Assembly (NCBI RefSeq): GCF_018977255.1
Contig: NW_024704743.1
Span: 14,386,001-14,450,000 of the forward strand
Length of the DNA stretch: 64,000 nt
Direction: 5' to 3'
Source: Callorhinchus milii
Taxonomy: Eukaryota
The notes under the pieces are model-generated. The model ran no database searches and was not told the DNA's origin. It saw only the letters and a list, made by a program, of their open reading frames with translations. This document shows, one piece after another, positions 37,297 to 49,993 of this stretch (the first letter of the stretch is position 1; every line of letters begins with the position of its first letter). A program made the translations under genes and the position numbers.

Positions 37297-37590
37297 CAAC
37301 AACAACAGCAAATTACATTTGTACAGAGTCTTTCACATCAGGAGGACGTCCCAAGGTGCTGGTCAGTCAGAGATCCGCACCCGAGCTAGTGCTTGGGATC
37401 AGGAGGGATGGTTAGCGGTGAGAGGGTAACCAAGGCACGGTCGAAGAGGAGGGTCTTGAGATGGTTCTTGAAGGAGGCGAGGGAGGTGATGAGGCGGAGG
37501 GGCTGTGGGTTGGAGTTCCAGAGGATGCGGGCAGAGAGGCTGAAAGCCAAATGGTGGGGTGGGCGACATGAGGGATGTGAAGCCGGATTA
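37297..37590 (-). mobile_element. L2 3' end
   Basis: LWNSNPQPLRL..FKNHLKTLLFDRA and tail hairpin. Confidence 0.85.
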
Positions 37591-37829
37591 CAAGAGAGAT
37601 TTTGATGAAGAAGGTCTTTTGACCTATTTGATCTTGTGCTTTCAGAATACCAACCCTCCCATCCTCCTATCACAGAATCAAACTGTTTATAAATGAGTCC
37701 AGTGTCCTGTGCTCAACCCACTTTCCTGGTAACCAGTCATTAATTCTAAAGTGCTTTGAGACGTTCAACCTATGTGAAAATTCTTCTATAAGTGTAATTG
37801 CTGAAGCTGTTGTTATTGAATGATTTATT

Positions 37830-38000
37830 ATTGATAATAATAATCCTTGCATCTGATATTGCTCCTTATCATGTCGTCAAGTCGTTTCAAAGCACCAAGA
37901 TATACTGTAAATACTATGTATTTTGTGAGCAAACCGTAGGAGCCAGTTTGTGCACAGCAATGTCCCAAAAATAGCAATGAAGTGAGTGACCAATTATTTG
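37830..38000 (-). mobile_element. SINE 3' fragment
   Basis: ATAATAATCCTTGCATCTGATAT tail and core remnant. Confidence 0.7.
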
Positions 38001-38183
38001 GGAAACTTGTTGGTCAGGACTCTGGAATTTAAGCAGCATTAAGGAAATTTTATTATTCTAGTCAGGTTTGATAGTTCTGAGCAATTCATTTTACTCTACA
38101 CATGTTGTTATTTCTTAGCACTTACTCTCCATTGTATTCATTATGATCCTATACTGCAGTTAGTTGGGGGTAGACATTCGACC

Positions 38184-38373
38184 TGGTTCTTAATTCATCT
38201 ATTTTCTTAGCATTGGAGAGAGAGAATTTGACAACTCCTTAAATATGTTTTGAAGCTTTTTTTGTAATTTTATTCAATAACTATATAGGACTGCTTGAAA
38301 CTAAAGACTGTGTTCAACAATTTGCCAAATTCTGAAAGCTCTGAAATGCTAAGAAAACAGAACACATCTAGAC
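38184..38373. mobile_element. Second, more diverged copy of the 33568-33752 MITE
   Basis: TCTATTTTCTTAG at the left and ATTTG(C/T)CAAATT..CTGAAATG(C/G)TAAGAAA..ATCTAGA at the right are shared with 33568-33752. Confidence 0.55.
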
Positions 38374-38599
38374 TTAAGTGGAATTTCTCCCCATTGGGCA
38401 AGGCTATAAAATACTTGTATTTTCCGGATGTTTTTCAATAGAACATTTAATGAAAATTGCACTCTCTTCTATTTGCCTTTTTTCAATGTAATTTTCAGTT
38501 TACTGCATAGGGAAAAGGCATAAACATTGCTTTTTACACAATACCTTAATGGTGGATAAATTGAACTGACTGCCGAGTGGATGCTTGTATTCCCAGCAA

Positions 38600-38716
38600 T
38601 TTCGCCCACAAATATATGGTCAATTCACTTTGCAGTCTTATTCTGTGAAGCGCTTTGAGACATCGAGAAGATGTGAAAGGGTTATATCAATTGCGAGGAT
38701 TATTATTATATTATTA
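38600..38716 (+). mobile_element. SINE 3' fragment
   Basis: TTTCGCCCACAAATAT..GCGCTTTGAGACATCGAGAAGATGTG. Confidence 0.8.
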
Positions 38717-38809
38717 TTCCCAGCAGTTTTCAACTTCGTGGAGATGGAAGATGCAGTGAAAAATGCAGGGTTTGTTTTTTCCACCTAAGATAATTTTAAA
38801 TTGCCCTAA

Positions 38810-39745
38810 TTTCCACCTGAAAAGAATAATTTCCATAAAAAAGAAATGGCTGAATTTGGATAGATTTTGTTTTGATCACCCAGGTGTTTGACATGTGTGG
38901 AAACCCATCAACATGCTCACGAATATCCAAACCACACTGAAAATTCCATGCATCCCACCTACATATAGAAATCCCAGAGACAGATTGTTGGAATGGAATG
39001 TGCACTCTCTCCCTGGAAGGCCTCAGCCTACTTGTCTAATTCTGAAAAATATTGGACGCATCTTGGCAAGAGCCAAGGCTTGGGGACGCCAGAGAGTGTG
39101 TTGGGATACTGCTGGAGTCTAACTTGCTGAAACCACATAGCTTGCCATTGAGAGTGCTGTCTGGCAAACTTTCGCTGCTTATCCAGCTAGGACCACCCTA
39201 TCCATTGGGGCTTTGGCTTGCAAGGTTAACGGAAGCTGAGTGGACAGAGTCCCAGCCCCAGTGACTGGTCTGCCCTTCCAAGTGATGAGCCAGGCTGGCT
39301 GTGCTGTCAACAGCAGTGCCTGGAATACTGCGGACCTGCCTGGCTCAGAAACTGAATTACTGAGACACCAACGAGGGTGGGCTTGACTCTGACATTCCAT
39401 TGCCAAGCATGTCACATTGTAGCCAGTTAATAATAATAATAATAATAATCCTTGCATTTGATATAGCGCTTTTCACGTCGGGAGGACGTCCCAAAGCGCT
39501 TCACAGAACACACTGTAAAGTGAATTGACTGTATATTTGTGGGCGAACGCGGCAGCCAATTGCACACAGCAATGTCCCACAAGCAGTCTTAGATTGAAAA
39601 TGACCAATTTATTATTGTTTTTGTTTTGGAGGGATTATTATTAGGCGTGTGGAGTAAGGAAACTTGCCCAAGGTTTCGCCCTGCCAGTTCAGCTTCAAGG
39701 AAATCCTCTTTACCTCTCCTGCCCGCAGGAGTAAAGTAGTTGGTT
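38810..39745 (+). mobile_element. Unclassified family copy 4, interrupted by a SINE
   Basis: Colinear with about 3362-3930 (AAATCCCAGA..GATTGTTGGAATGGAATG..CATTCCATTGCCAAGCAT..GCCAGTTCAGCT). Confidence 0.8.
39429..39685 (-). mobile_element. Young SINE, 5'-truncated
   Basis: TSD GCCAGTT at 39422-39428 and 39683-39689; CTCCC-loop tail. Confidence 0.92.
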
Positions 39746-40917
39746 AGAAAGACACCTATTTGATACATGAGAATGCTCGTAAAACTGAACCAACTTTCTA
39801 TTTGTAGGCAAAAAACAGAGAGGAGTAGGCAAGAGAATTAACTTTGTCCGGCATTGGTAAGATAAAAGGAAACAGATGTTAAATTTAGCCCGTGATGTTG
39901 CTCAGAATTAATGAAAGAGTATATTGCGGGGAATCTCTGAATAATGTCCGTTCACATGAATATGCAGATTCAGAGTAGTCTCTCACATTGACTCGGACTG
40001 CTCTTATTTATAATTTCAATTATAAACCCACTGGAATTCCATGATTAGCCAGGCACACTGTCTAGTTCTTTTTTTATTTTTGCATAAACCATTAATATGT
40101 CTGGGTCAGAGAAAGGCTTGCTTGAATGATTAATCAGTCAGAAAAGTAGAATGCATTCCCTGCCAGACAGCTTAATTGGGGGAAGTAGAAAAAAAAGCAT
40201 GAAACCAGTTTCTGAATCATTGCACATCCGATCAATATCTTCATCACTGTTTTGAGAAAGTGAGAGAGAGTGACAAATAATTTAATTTTCACAGCAACAC
40301 CATGATGTGCAGACTGGAAAGGACCACGGTAGTCCATCTGGCTGGTCCACATTGGCGGCTCTGATCTTCATTTACCATCTCACCTATTCCCTAACCTTTA
40401 CACCATCAAGAATATTTTCAATTTCCTATTGAAGTATTTATTCTACATTGCTCTATGTGATATTAGAAGGACTGAGTATTCTAAAAGGAGGAGATCAGAT
40501 GAGCCATCTGAATCAATCTTTTGATCTTATGAATATTAATAATGGGTTCTATACTTAAACATCCTCAAAGGTTGGTTGATATTTCTGTTGCTGTTGTGTT
40601 TGTGAATAAGCAGTTCCACTGAATTACTGAGTCTTACTGCAGTGTTGTTAATACATTTCCTCACCCCTTAGGATGTGGTATTTTGTCAATGGAGTAGAGG
40701 ATTATCTGGTTCTGCAAACAGAAGATGGGTTAGATTTTTTTAAAAAAACAGCTTGATGCTCTAATGGGGGTGGGGGGTGGGGCATTTGTGTGGGGGGTTT
40801 GGGTGGGGGGAATAGGATGAGTGTTCTAGATGAATGAGATTGGATGGGCTGAAGATCCTTCTTCATCCAAACTGATCTTATGATCACGTAATCTGCCTGA
40901 TTTGAACGGCTTCAATG

Positions 40918-41660
40918 ATAGTCTTGCAAGTGAGAGGACCCGTGTTCGATTCCCGGGCGGGGAAAATGTTAGGGAAGTTTCCTTACTCGACACGTCCCTG
41001 TTTAACTAGCAGCTGTTAGTCGAGTCTGCTTAATATATTCTTTTGGACTAGATAGAATTATAACATTGTACGTACTATAACAATAAGAGAACTTCTTTTA
41101 TAAACACTTGTGAACACTTACGCTGTTACATGGAGTCTATAGCCCAGTGGTTAGAGCACTCACTTTGCAAGCTAGAGACCTGGGTTTAATTCCCAGCAGG
41201 GCGAAAGGTTGGGCAAGTTTCCTTACTCCACACGCCCCTGTTTACCAAGCAGTAGGTGGGAACCCGGTTTTTAGTCAATTGGTGGATTTAAGGCAGGGGT
41301 AATTCCTTCAAAAAAAATATTAAATTGGTCACTTCAATCCACAACTGTTTGTGGGACACTGCTGTGCGCAATTGACTGCCACATTTCGCTCACAAAATAT
41401 ACAGTCAATTCACTTTACAGTGTAATCTGTGATTAGTATTAGATTAGCAGATTGCTTTCCAGGGGTAATAATTCCTTNAAAAAAATGTGTTCACTCAATC
41501 CACGGCTGTTTATGGAACACTGCTGTATGCAATTGGCTGCCATGTTTTGCCCAAAAATACAAGGTCCATCCACTTTACAATATATTCTGTAAAGTGATTT
41601 GAGACGTCTCAATGGTGTGATAAGGCACAATATCAAATGTAAGGATTATTATTGTTATTA
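40918..41660 (+). mobile_element. Tandem cluster of SINE pieces (long subfamily)
   Basis: Head fragment 40918-41015, near-full copy 41131-41430, 3' half 41455-41660; one ambiguous base (n) at 41478. Confidence 0.82.
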
Positions 41661-43774
41661 GAGGGAATGGAAGAACTCAGGAGATGCTTCCTGAGGCAGA
41701 ATATTCACTGCAGTTTCTATTCCCATTAGATCAATTCGGAACTTATTGCCAGTTAAGGATCAGAGTCTTCTCACAATGGATCTGCAATGCATTCTAAAGC
41801 TCAACAACAACAACAAGATTGCATTTATAGAACAGACTCCATACTGACAAAAGGCAACAAATAATCTGGGATAACCACTGAAAATCATTGTGAAATTAAT
41901 TTGAAAATTTGTTTCCCATAAAATAGAAGTAAACTATGGATTGCAAATCACAATGTTTCATAATTTTCATATCAAATCTGTAATGAAATGCTACATTTTT
42001 CACTCCACCATACAGAAATAAATAGAAAAGCTTACAATGAATTTGTAGTCTGTAAAACAAAAAATTGCCAAATGAATGGAACCCATATATTACGTGTATT
42101 TTTTCATATGAGTGAAGTTAACTGTGAAGTTAATGTGTTATGAACTCTTTGCCTGCTACAATGTCCATTTTCATAAATCGAGGGACAGTGAGTTTGGTAT
42201 TATTACAATTCTCAACAGAACACACCATACTTTCAAATTTACATGTATTCTCCTTGTTGCCCTCCTTCCTCCACATTCGTTTTCTCATTATCCCTTCTAA
42301 AGAAGTCTGTCAAGTAGTTGCCATTTAATGGAGAATCTAACATGCACCACAGGACTGAAGGAGCTAAATCTATCCCAATGGAAATCAATCTTTAAGCTAT
42401 CCCAGAATTCTGGGTTGTCTTAAATTGACCAAAGAAAACCGAAACATGGACTTGTTTACTTCATAAAGGCCAAGGGCAATGGTAGTTGAGTGAAAGAATG
42501 TTTACAGAACAAAGTGCTTCTGCAACATCTTGAAAGGTAAGGTTGTCCTTGGTCAGCAGCTGTTGTGTTTAACAACATGATGAGCAAATGTGACCTGAGA
42601 GGCATCAAGGTACAGAGATTTGGGGGGAAATTGGAAGACCTTAGTTTTAGGAACTATTTCCCTCTCAAGTTGAAGTCCATGGAATAAACAGAGCTTCATT
42701 GCACACCCAATTTGACTTCATGGGTATTTCTGATACTGCAACCAATTTTGAGGAAAGAAGGATAAACCACAATCAACATGGATCAACGCATGTTAACAAG
42801 TCGATTCCTCAATCCAAGCTACTGTATCAATCTGATCAACCCATTGCAGTGAACCTTACTAACTGTCTAAAGCATTAATTTGATTATATGATATGTAAAA
42901 CCTTGATATGTATAACCTTGCTAATATTTATTAAAAAATTACTAATTAAAGCAAATTTAGAGTTTGTGTCAGTTCATACTTTAAGGAAATCATACAGATC
43001 CATTTCGATTGTACTGTTTATTATGAAAAATCACAAGAGGAAACTTCAGAATACAGAACTCTCGGATGTGATTACTTACTAACTTGCCAATTAAGTCTCA
43101 GGTTTGATATGTTCTTCCTCTGAAACAAGCTAAGTGGCAATTAGTAATGGAGCATTAAGCAGGCATTGGTGAGCACCTGAAATTAGTTTTGTGTTAGATT
43201 TTAGGCATCTCTACTTCTGAAAATAATTTGAGCCTTTCAAAAGGTTCAGGTCAATGAAACCTGGGATGTCCTGCAGTGTAAATTCACTTTAGGTCCTCTT
43301 GCTAGTTCAATAGGAAGCAGATGAAGTAATCAGTTCACCTATAGGAACAGCAAACTGAAAGAAACACATTTGACATTGTTTATTGACTGATGGTTGCGGC
43401 AATATACAAGCAGGACAGAAATTTTGTATTGCGGTGCCACACAGCTCAGCTAATGAAGCTTATTTCACTGTCACTCCAAATAATCTTGGATTTCCTTGGA
43501 CAGAATCTACTGAAAACAACTTAAAGAACAATAACAGTAAACATCAGTCTGTGAAATTCAACTCTGTAGATCTATGGATCTGTCTGTTGCAGAATTAATG
43601 AATTTTTGTGAACAGTAGTTTCTACTATTTTCAAACCGTGAAAGCTTGCTTCAAGGGTGGTTGTTATTGTTGGTGTGTTTAAACCAGCATTAAATGTATG
43701 GAAAGTGTGATCGAATTTGAGTAAAAATTCCGTGGAGTATTACACACAAGAACTTTGGTGATGTCGACCCTTGA

Positions 43775-43841
43775 CCCAGCGCTTTGGGACATCCTCCCGA
43801 CGTGAAGGGCACTCTATAAATGTAATTTTGTTGTTGTTGTT
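43775..43841 (+). mobile_element. Tail-only L2 insertion (67 bp)
   Basis: Hairpin plus (TTG)n only; TSD CTTGA at 43770-43774 and 43842-43846. Confidence 0.8.
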
Positions 43842-44912
43842 CTTGATGGCAATTCCTGTTTTATACAAATTTACCAAAAATAAAAACAGAAAATGGCCAT
43901 AGACTACAGGTCAATCAAAATTTGTTGAATATTTCAGGCAGGACCAGTTCATTGAATTCTATGTTATATAATGCACAATTTCATTACTGATTTCCAGATT
44001 ATCACCCCATTCGTTGGTAGTGTAGTTAATTTCAGGTTCCCTTGTCTTGTGAATCAGGTGGAAGTGAAAGGGCCTTTTCTATTTCAAAGAAACTTGGCAT
44101 CTTTCTCCCAGTTATACTGGTTTATATCCTTTCCAAATTTTCTCTCAAATTCAAATTGATTGATTACCCATCTCTTTTTGTTTATTGAATGTTGCTGGTA
44201 CACATGACCAAGTTTTCCCATATAACAAAATTCATTTCATTTGTAATATTTGGTTTGAGATTTTTAGTTTTCACATGAAAGGAACTATGTGAATATATGT
44301 TATTTCCATTAAATCGAATAAAAACTTGTGAAGAGCAGTATGGATATTGAAAGCATAGGAATATTTCTGGATAGTTCTGGACTTTATAGTTCTGAAATAG
44401 TTCTAGACTTTATAGCAAACTTGAATATTATATAGTTTAACAAACACCATGCTTTTTAAGTGCATATAAGTATCTACAATCTATTCAGTTTGACATTGCC
44501 ATAGGTTTTCTCTAAGCATCCTCATTAACGAGTCAATGAAAGCATGAGAAACTCTCTTTAGAGAAACATAAATATTCAAGGCACAAAAGAACTAAGAAAA
44601 TAAAGTCATTTATCAGCTTTAGGCCTAATCGTCCAAGCTTTACCGCAAATGGCCTCAAGGCTCACTAATATTGCCTGAATGAAAACTCATATATAAATCT
44701 TTAGAACATTGGTTAGATTATATGTTCTTAATACTGATTTATATATATAGTGCATATGAACCAACTTGGGAACACTAAAACTGTCTTCAGTATTCCTGAG
44801 CTACAGAGAGGAAAAATCAGCCAGGGTTTTTGCTCCTGACTGGTATCAAATGCTGAGAGGTACTTGTGTGTGGAAGTCTGGTGAACACAGCGTTCGATTG
44901 ACTTTGATGGAT

Positions 44913-45586
44913 TATAGAATTATATAGCACAGAAGGAGGCTATTCGGCCCATCGTGTCTGTGCCAGCTCTTTGAAAAGAACTATCCAAATCAATCCCACT
45001 CCCCGCTCTCTCCCGATAGTCCTGCAAACGTATCCTCCCCAAATAATTATCTGCTTCTTTCTTAAAAGTTGTTATCGAATCGGCTTCCATCACTCTTTCA
45101 GGTAATGCATTCCAGATCCGAACAACTCGCTGCGTGAAAAAATTTCTCCTCACCTCCCCCTCTGTTTCTTTTAAAAACTATTTTAAATCTGTGCTCTCGG
45201 GTTACCGACCCACCCGCCAGTGGAAATGGTTTCTCCTTGTTCACCCTATTGAATCCCCTCATAATTTTGAAAACTTCTATTAAGTCTCCTCTTAATCTTC
45301 TCTGCTCCAAGGAGAATAATCCTAGCTTCTCTAGCCTCTCCTGATAACTGAAGTCCCTCATTCCTGGTACCATCCTGGTAAATCTCCTTGGTACCCTCTC
45401 AAATGCCTTGATATCCTTCCTAAAGTGTGGTGCCCAGAACTGAACACAGTCTCTAGCTGAGGCCTAACCAGTGTTTTATAAAGATTCATCACAACTTCCT
45501 GAGTTTTGTATTCTATGCCCCTATTTACAAAGCCTAGTATCCCATGTACTTTTTTAAACAGCTTTATCTACCTGTCCTGCCACCTT
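44913..45586 (-). mobile_element. Young CR1 LINE 3' end
   Basis: MVPGMRDFSYQERLEKLGLFSLEQRRLRGDLIEVFKIM and RRNFFTQRVVRIWNALP; CR1 3' UTR. Confidence 0.95.
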
Positions 45587-45860
45587 CAACAACAACAACA
45601 AGATTACATTTGTAAAGCACCTTTCACGTTGGAAGGACGTCCCAAGGCGCTGGATAGTGTGCAGCATTTGAGACCCGAGCTGAAGGCTCTCCCGCGAATG
45701 GTGGAGCGGATGGGTTGGGGGACGTGGAGCAGGCCGGAGCCGGCTGAGCGGAGGGACCGGGCAAGTTGGTAGGGGGTTGGGAGGTCACAGAAGTAGGGTG
45801 GGGCGAAGCCATCGAGGGCTTTGTAGGTGAGGACCAGGATCTTGAACTGGATCCTCTGAA
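45587..45860 (-). mobile_element. L2 3' end with internal deletion
   Basis: QRIQFKILVLTYKAL..GRAFS joins directly to the terminal segment. Confidence 0.88.
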
Positions 45861-46339
45861 GGATAGAGTGTTCAAAGAGTTTCATTTATAAAAAGGTAGA
45901 GATTATATATAGGATGAAAAATGTAGCATTAATTAAATGCTGTAACGAAATACTTCAAATTGGATCCCTTTGTTCCTAACTAACAGGGATCCACAATTGG
46001 CCATCACACAAAACTATTTCCTATGGAATAATGATACAGGTCCCCAAATCATATCTCAGACAGTCTATATAGTTTCTTCCCAAATACAACAAGTAGTTGC
46101 TGTCCATTGCTGCAATTACTATGTTGAGAACAAATCGCGAATGGTCCATTATTTACTTCCAGAATATTTTTAAGATTACAAAAACAACAAGAAGATTACA
46201 TTTGTATAGTGCCTTTCACGTCGGGAGGATGTCCCAAGGCACCGGACAGAGTACAGCATTTCAGATTATTAGTCATCAAACAATAAATATCTGGCTATTT
46301 ATTGTTTCAAATCAGTTTCAAATCCACCAGATTAGGGTA

Positions 46340-48310
46340 AGTACACGCAATTATCCTTTTGCTACCATGTCCTCCCATCCTGGTCTCTGGCACCTAAGCC
46401 ATGACCATCAGCCCACCTCTCCCTCGCCCCACCCTGCACTGTCTCCTGTAGCCCGCGGGCTGATGCTGTCCCGCTGATTGCTCGCTCCCAGTCTCTGCGT
46501 GCGCATTTTGCTGTCACCCTGACCCAAGCCGCTCCTCCTGAAAATGCTCCTCCTCCCACGCTCCTCTATCTGCTACTCCCACTCTGTCATTCTCTCCCAC
46601 CGTCCTCCGCTCCTTCCCTCTCTCCTGGACCCCACCATTACCTCCCTCTGCTCCAGACTGGGCATCCTATACCTGGCCCATCGTGGCTCACAGAATTGGT
46701 TGTCCCAGAGCAGCCAACCGAACTGTCCCATCACTCACTCTCTCCATAGCAACTGGCTCCGAAAGGCAACACCCCTTTCCACTCCCTCATCCATACCTTC
46801 ACCAACATTCCCTGCTCCTCAACCTTCATGGTGATTTCTCCCCCATGACCCCAAATACCACTCTCTCCTCTGTCCACCCTCCCACCAGCAAACCCATCCG
46901 TATTTCCCTACAAAATATCCGTTCCCTCTCCAAAGAAGCCCTCACTCTCCATGACCTCATCCTGGATGAGCACATGGATATTCTTGAGCTTACTGAAACC
47001 TGGCTCTCCCCCAGTGACTCCATCCCCCTAGTTGAAGCCTCCCCTCCTGGCTACACTTTCCATCACACCCCCCACCCTAACCAATTTGGCAGCGGGCTGA
47101 CCTCATCTGCCAAGCTTCCCTCAGTCTAACCCTTTATTCCTCTGGCTGCTTCTTCTCATTTGAGCATCTCATCCTCTACCATCCCTCCTCTCGCTCACTC
47201 AAAATTCTCTTGGTTTACCACCCCCAAAACCCCCTTGGTTCTTTCCTCTCTGATATCTCTGCTCTCCTCTCCCTGTCCCTCTGCTCAGAACACCTGCTAA
47301 TAATGGATGACTTCAACCTCCATCTAAGCTCCCCTTGCACAACAGCCTCAGATTTCACTGCCCTCCTCTCCTCCCTAAACCTCACCCTCCACATCAACTC
47401 GCTGACCCACTACTGTGGCCACTCCCTCGACCTCGTCATCACACATGGCCTCGACATTTCCAACCTGTGCATCATGGACAAGATCATCTCAGACCACTTC
47501 CTCATCTCCTTCTCCTCTTGATTCCCTTTCCCCTCCATCAAGACCTCAACCATACTTTTCCGCCCATGGGAAAGGCTTTCCCCGAGATCTTCACAAAAGG
47601 CCCTCATATCCTCAGACCTCCTATCCCTCTGGCCTTCCACCCACAGCGACCCTGAAGCAGCCATCAAGCTGCTCCATGATCACCTCTCCTCCACCTTCAA
47701 CTCCCTCATCACCCTGAAATCCAGGATTGTCTCCAAACCCACCCTTCCCCTTGTACAACAGCCATCTCCACTGCCTAAAATCTCAAACCCGACTGCTCGA
47801 GCACAGGTGGCAGAAAACCAGCCTCACGGTTCACCACCAGCTGTGGCTCAAGCATCTTCACATTTACTGCCGTTCCCTGTCACAGGCAAAAACTGCGCAT
47901 TACTCAAACATCATACTGGAGGCCAACAATAACTCCAATTCCCCACGCCAACCACCTCTTCTGTGCGCTTCCTTAAGAACCCTCAATCATCACGTCTAAC
48001 ACCAAGTGGGAAGAGGTCATGGACTTCCTTACCTCTAAAATTGAAACATCTGCCTGGCTGCTTCATCTCTCTGCCCAGTGTCGCCTGCCACCACCCCCAT
48101 TCCATCTCCCTCACCCACCCCACCCTCAGCTCCTACCACGGCCCCCATCCTACATTCATTTGCCCCCATCTTTCCTTCCTTCCTCTCATCCACAATGAAA
48201 CCAACTGCCTCGACCACCTCCTCACCCAACTGCTAATCACTCAGCTCCCCCTCTTCTGCCCACTGCACAACGTGAAAGACGCTCTATAAATGTAATTTTA
48301 TTGTTGTTGA
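46340..48310 (+). mobile_element. L2 LINE 5' half with APE endonuclease remnant; RT absent; L2 tail at the end
   Basis: ISLQNIRSL..DILELTETWL..PPGYTF, LIMDDFNLH, THYCGHSLDLVIT and ISDHFLISF are APE motifs. Confidence 0.9.
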
Positions 48311-49289
48311 TGCTGGCAGACACTATTAACCAGTCTCTCTCCTCAGGATCAGTACCCCTCAAAACCGTGGATTGACTGAATGGATTGCTCTTTCAAAGAG
48401 CCAGCACAGACATGATGAAGAATGGCCTTCACGTACTCTAAATTGCTACAGTTCTTTCTTTTGTACCCAGTATTGGTCACCATGTTAGGAAAGATATGAA
48501 GGTGATAGAGAGGGTGCACAGGAGACATTCTGTTCGTCTGTTTCTAGGTACCAATTAAGAGACAGTTGCACACACTGACCCTAAACTGTTTGTCAGCTGA
48601 CTTCAATCTTATGGAATATTCAGCTTTCAGCAACATACCAGATTTATCTGGTATTCCATTCCATCCCGCGATGTTTTGTGATTAGAAGTTCAATCTTTTA
48701 GTGTCACTTTGAACCATTTACATATTAACCGTATTAACAAAATAAAAAATTAACCTTTCCAATTGCGTTTCAAAAGATACAAACCTCTGCTATCTCCACC
48801 GACACCCCCGGCTTTTCATTTTCTAAATAATTCAATCATGAACAAACTGAAGTGGACGCCTTCTTATCTTAACACCAGCCTATTGATTCATATCCACCAC
48901 ACACTGCTACCACTTTTGCTTGTGTTTGGAGGAGGAGGGAAGGGAAGCTGATTTTAGGGGTGGGCCTAGCCAGAAGTATATTTTATACAAATTGTTTTTG
49001 CAAATGAACCAAAAATAATTTACAGTGATTAGAAGTGTGCTGATCAAGTTTGCAGCATTAGGTAAAGAGTCCAATATAGTCAACTGAAGTCCAGAACTGA
49101 ACTATTAAATGTACCAAGTCCAGCCATGAGCTACAGAATCAGGTAGAATCTCATCTGCTCTTGGTAAGATCAATAAATATTTTTAGCCATGCTACAATAG
49201 AGGCATAATAAAAGACATAAAACTATATTAACATATAATTACGTTGATATAAATTGTGTTTCCGTGACTCTAAATAATAATATAACGTA

Positions 49290-49627
49290 ATAATCCTTTC
49301 ATTTGATATAGTGCTTTTCACGTCTTCTAGATGTCTCAAAGTGCTTCACAGAATATGCTGTAAAGTAAATTGACTGTATATTTGTGGGCAAAACAATTGC
49401 GCACAGCAGTGTCCCACAAACAGTCGTGGATTGAGTGACCAAATTATTATTTTTTTGAGGGATTATTATCCCGGGAAAAGCGATCAGCCAAACAACTAAC
49501 AACTGGTTACTTACTGCCAGATAAACAGAGGCGTGTGAAGTAAGGAACATACCCAACATTTCGTCCTGTGGTAATAGAACCCAGGTCAGTCGCTTGTGAG
49601 ACAATTGCTCTAACCACTGAGCTACAG
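49290..49627 (-). mobile_element. tRNA SINE, full length (long subfamily)
   Basis: Head CTGTAGCTCAGTGGTTAGAGC on the minus strand, core and tail. Confidence 0.88.
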
Positions 49628-49680
49628 AAATAAATATCTAAATAAATATATCATCAATGGGAAGTGGTCAGATACGTGTA

Positions 49681-49993
49681 GAGTCCTGTAGCTCAGTGGT
49701 TAGAGCACTCACTTTGCAAGCGAGAGACCTGAGTTCAATTCCAGGCAGGGCGAAACCTTGGGCAAGTTTCCTTACTCCACACGCCTAATAATAATCCCTC
49801 CAAAATCAAAAACAATAATAAATTGGTCATTTTCAATCTACGACTGTTTGTGGGACATTGCTGTGTGCAATTGGCTGCCGTGTTCGCCCACAAATATACA
49901 GTCAATTCACTTTACAGTGTTTCTGTGAAGCGCTTTGGGACGTCCTCCCGACGTGAAAAGCGCTATATCAAATGCAAGGATTATTATTATTAT
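49681..49993 (+). mobile_element. Young tRNA-Ala SINE, full length (short subfamily)
   Basis: Near-identical to the reverse complement of 62109-62431. Confidence 0.93.

Noticed and set aside
44371..44415. Short imperfect tandem duplication (26 bp unit)
   Set aside because: Ordinary slippage product with no further structure.
49681..49755. tRNA-Ala genes (here and at 845-920, 22730-22803, 32306, 33148, 35780-35852, 55934, 57360, 62360-62431)
   Set aside because: Each continues into a SINE body and tail, and copies carry scattered stem-breaking mutations; they are SINE heads.
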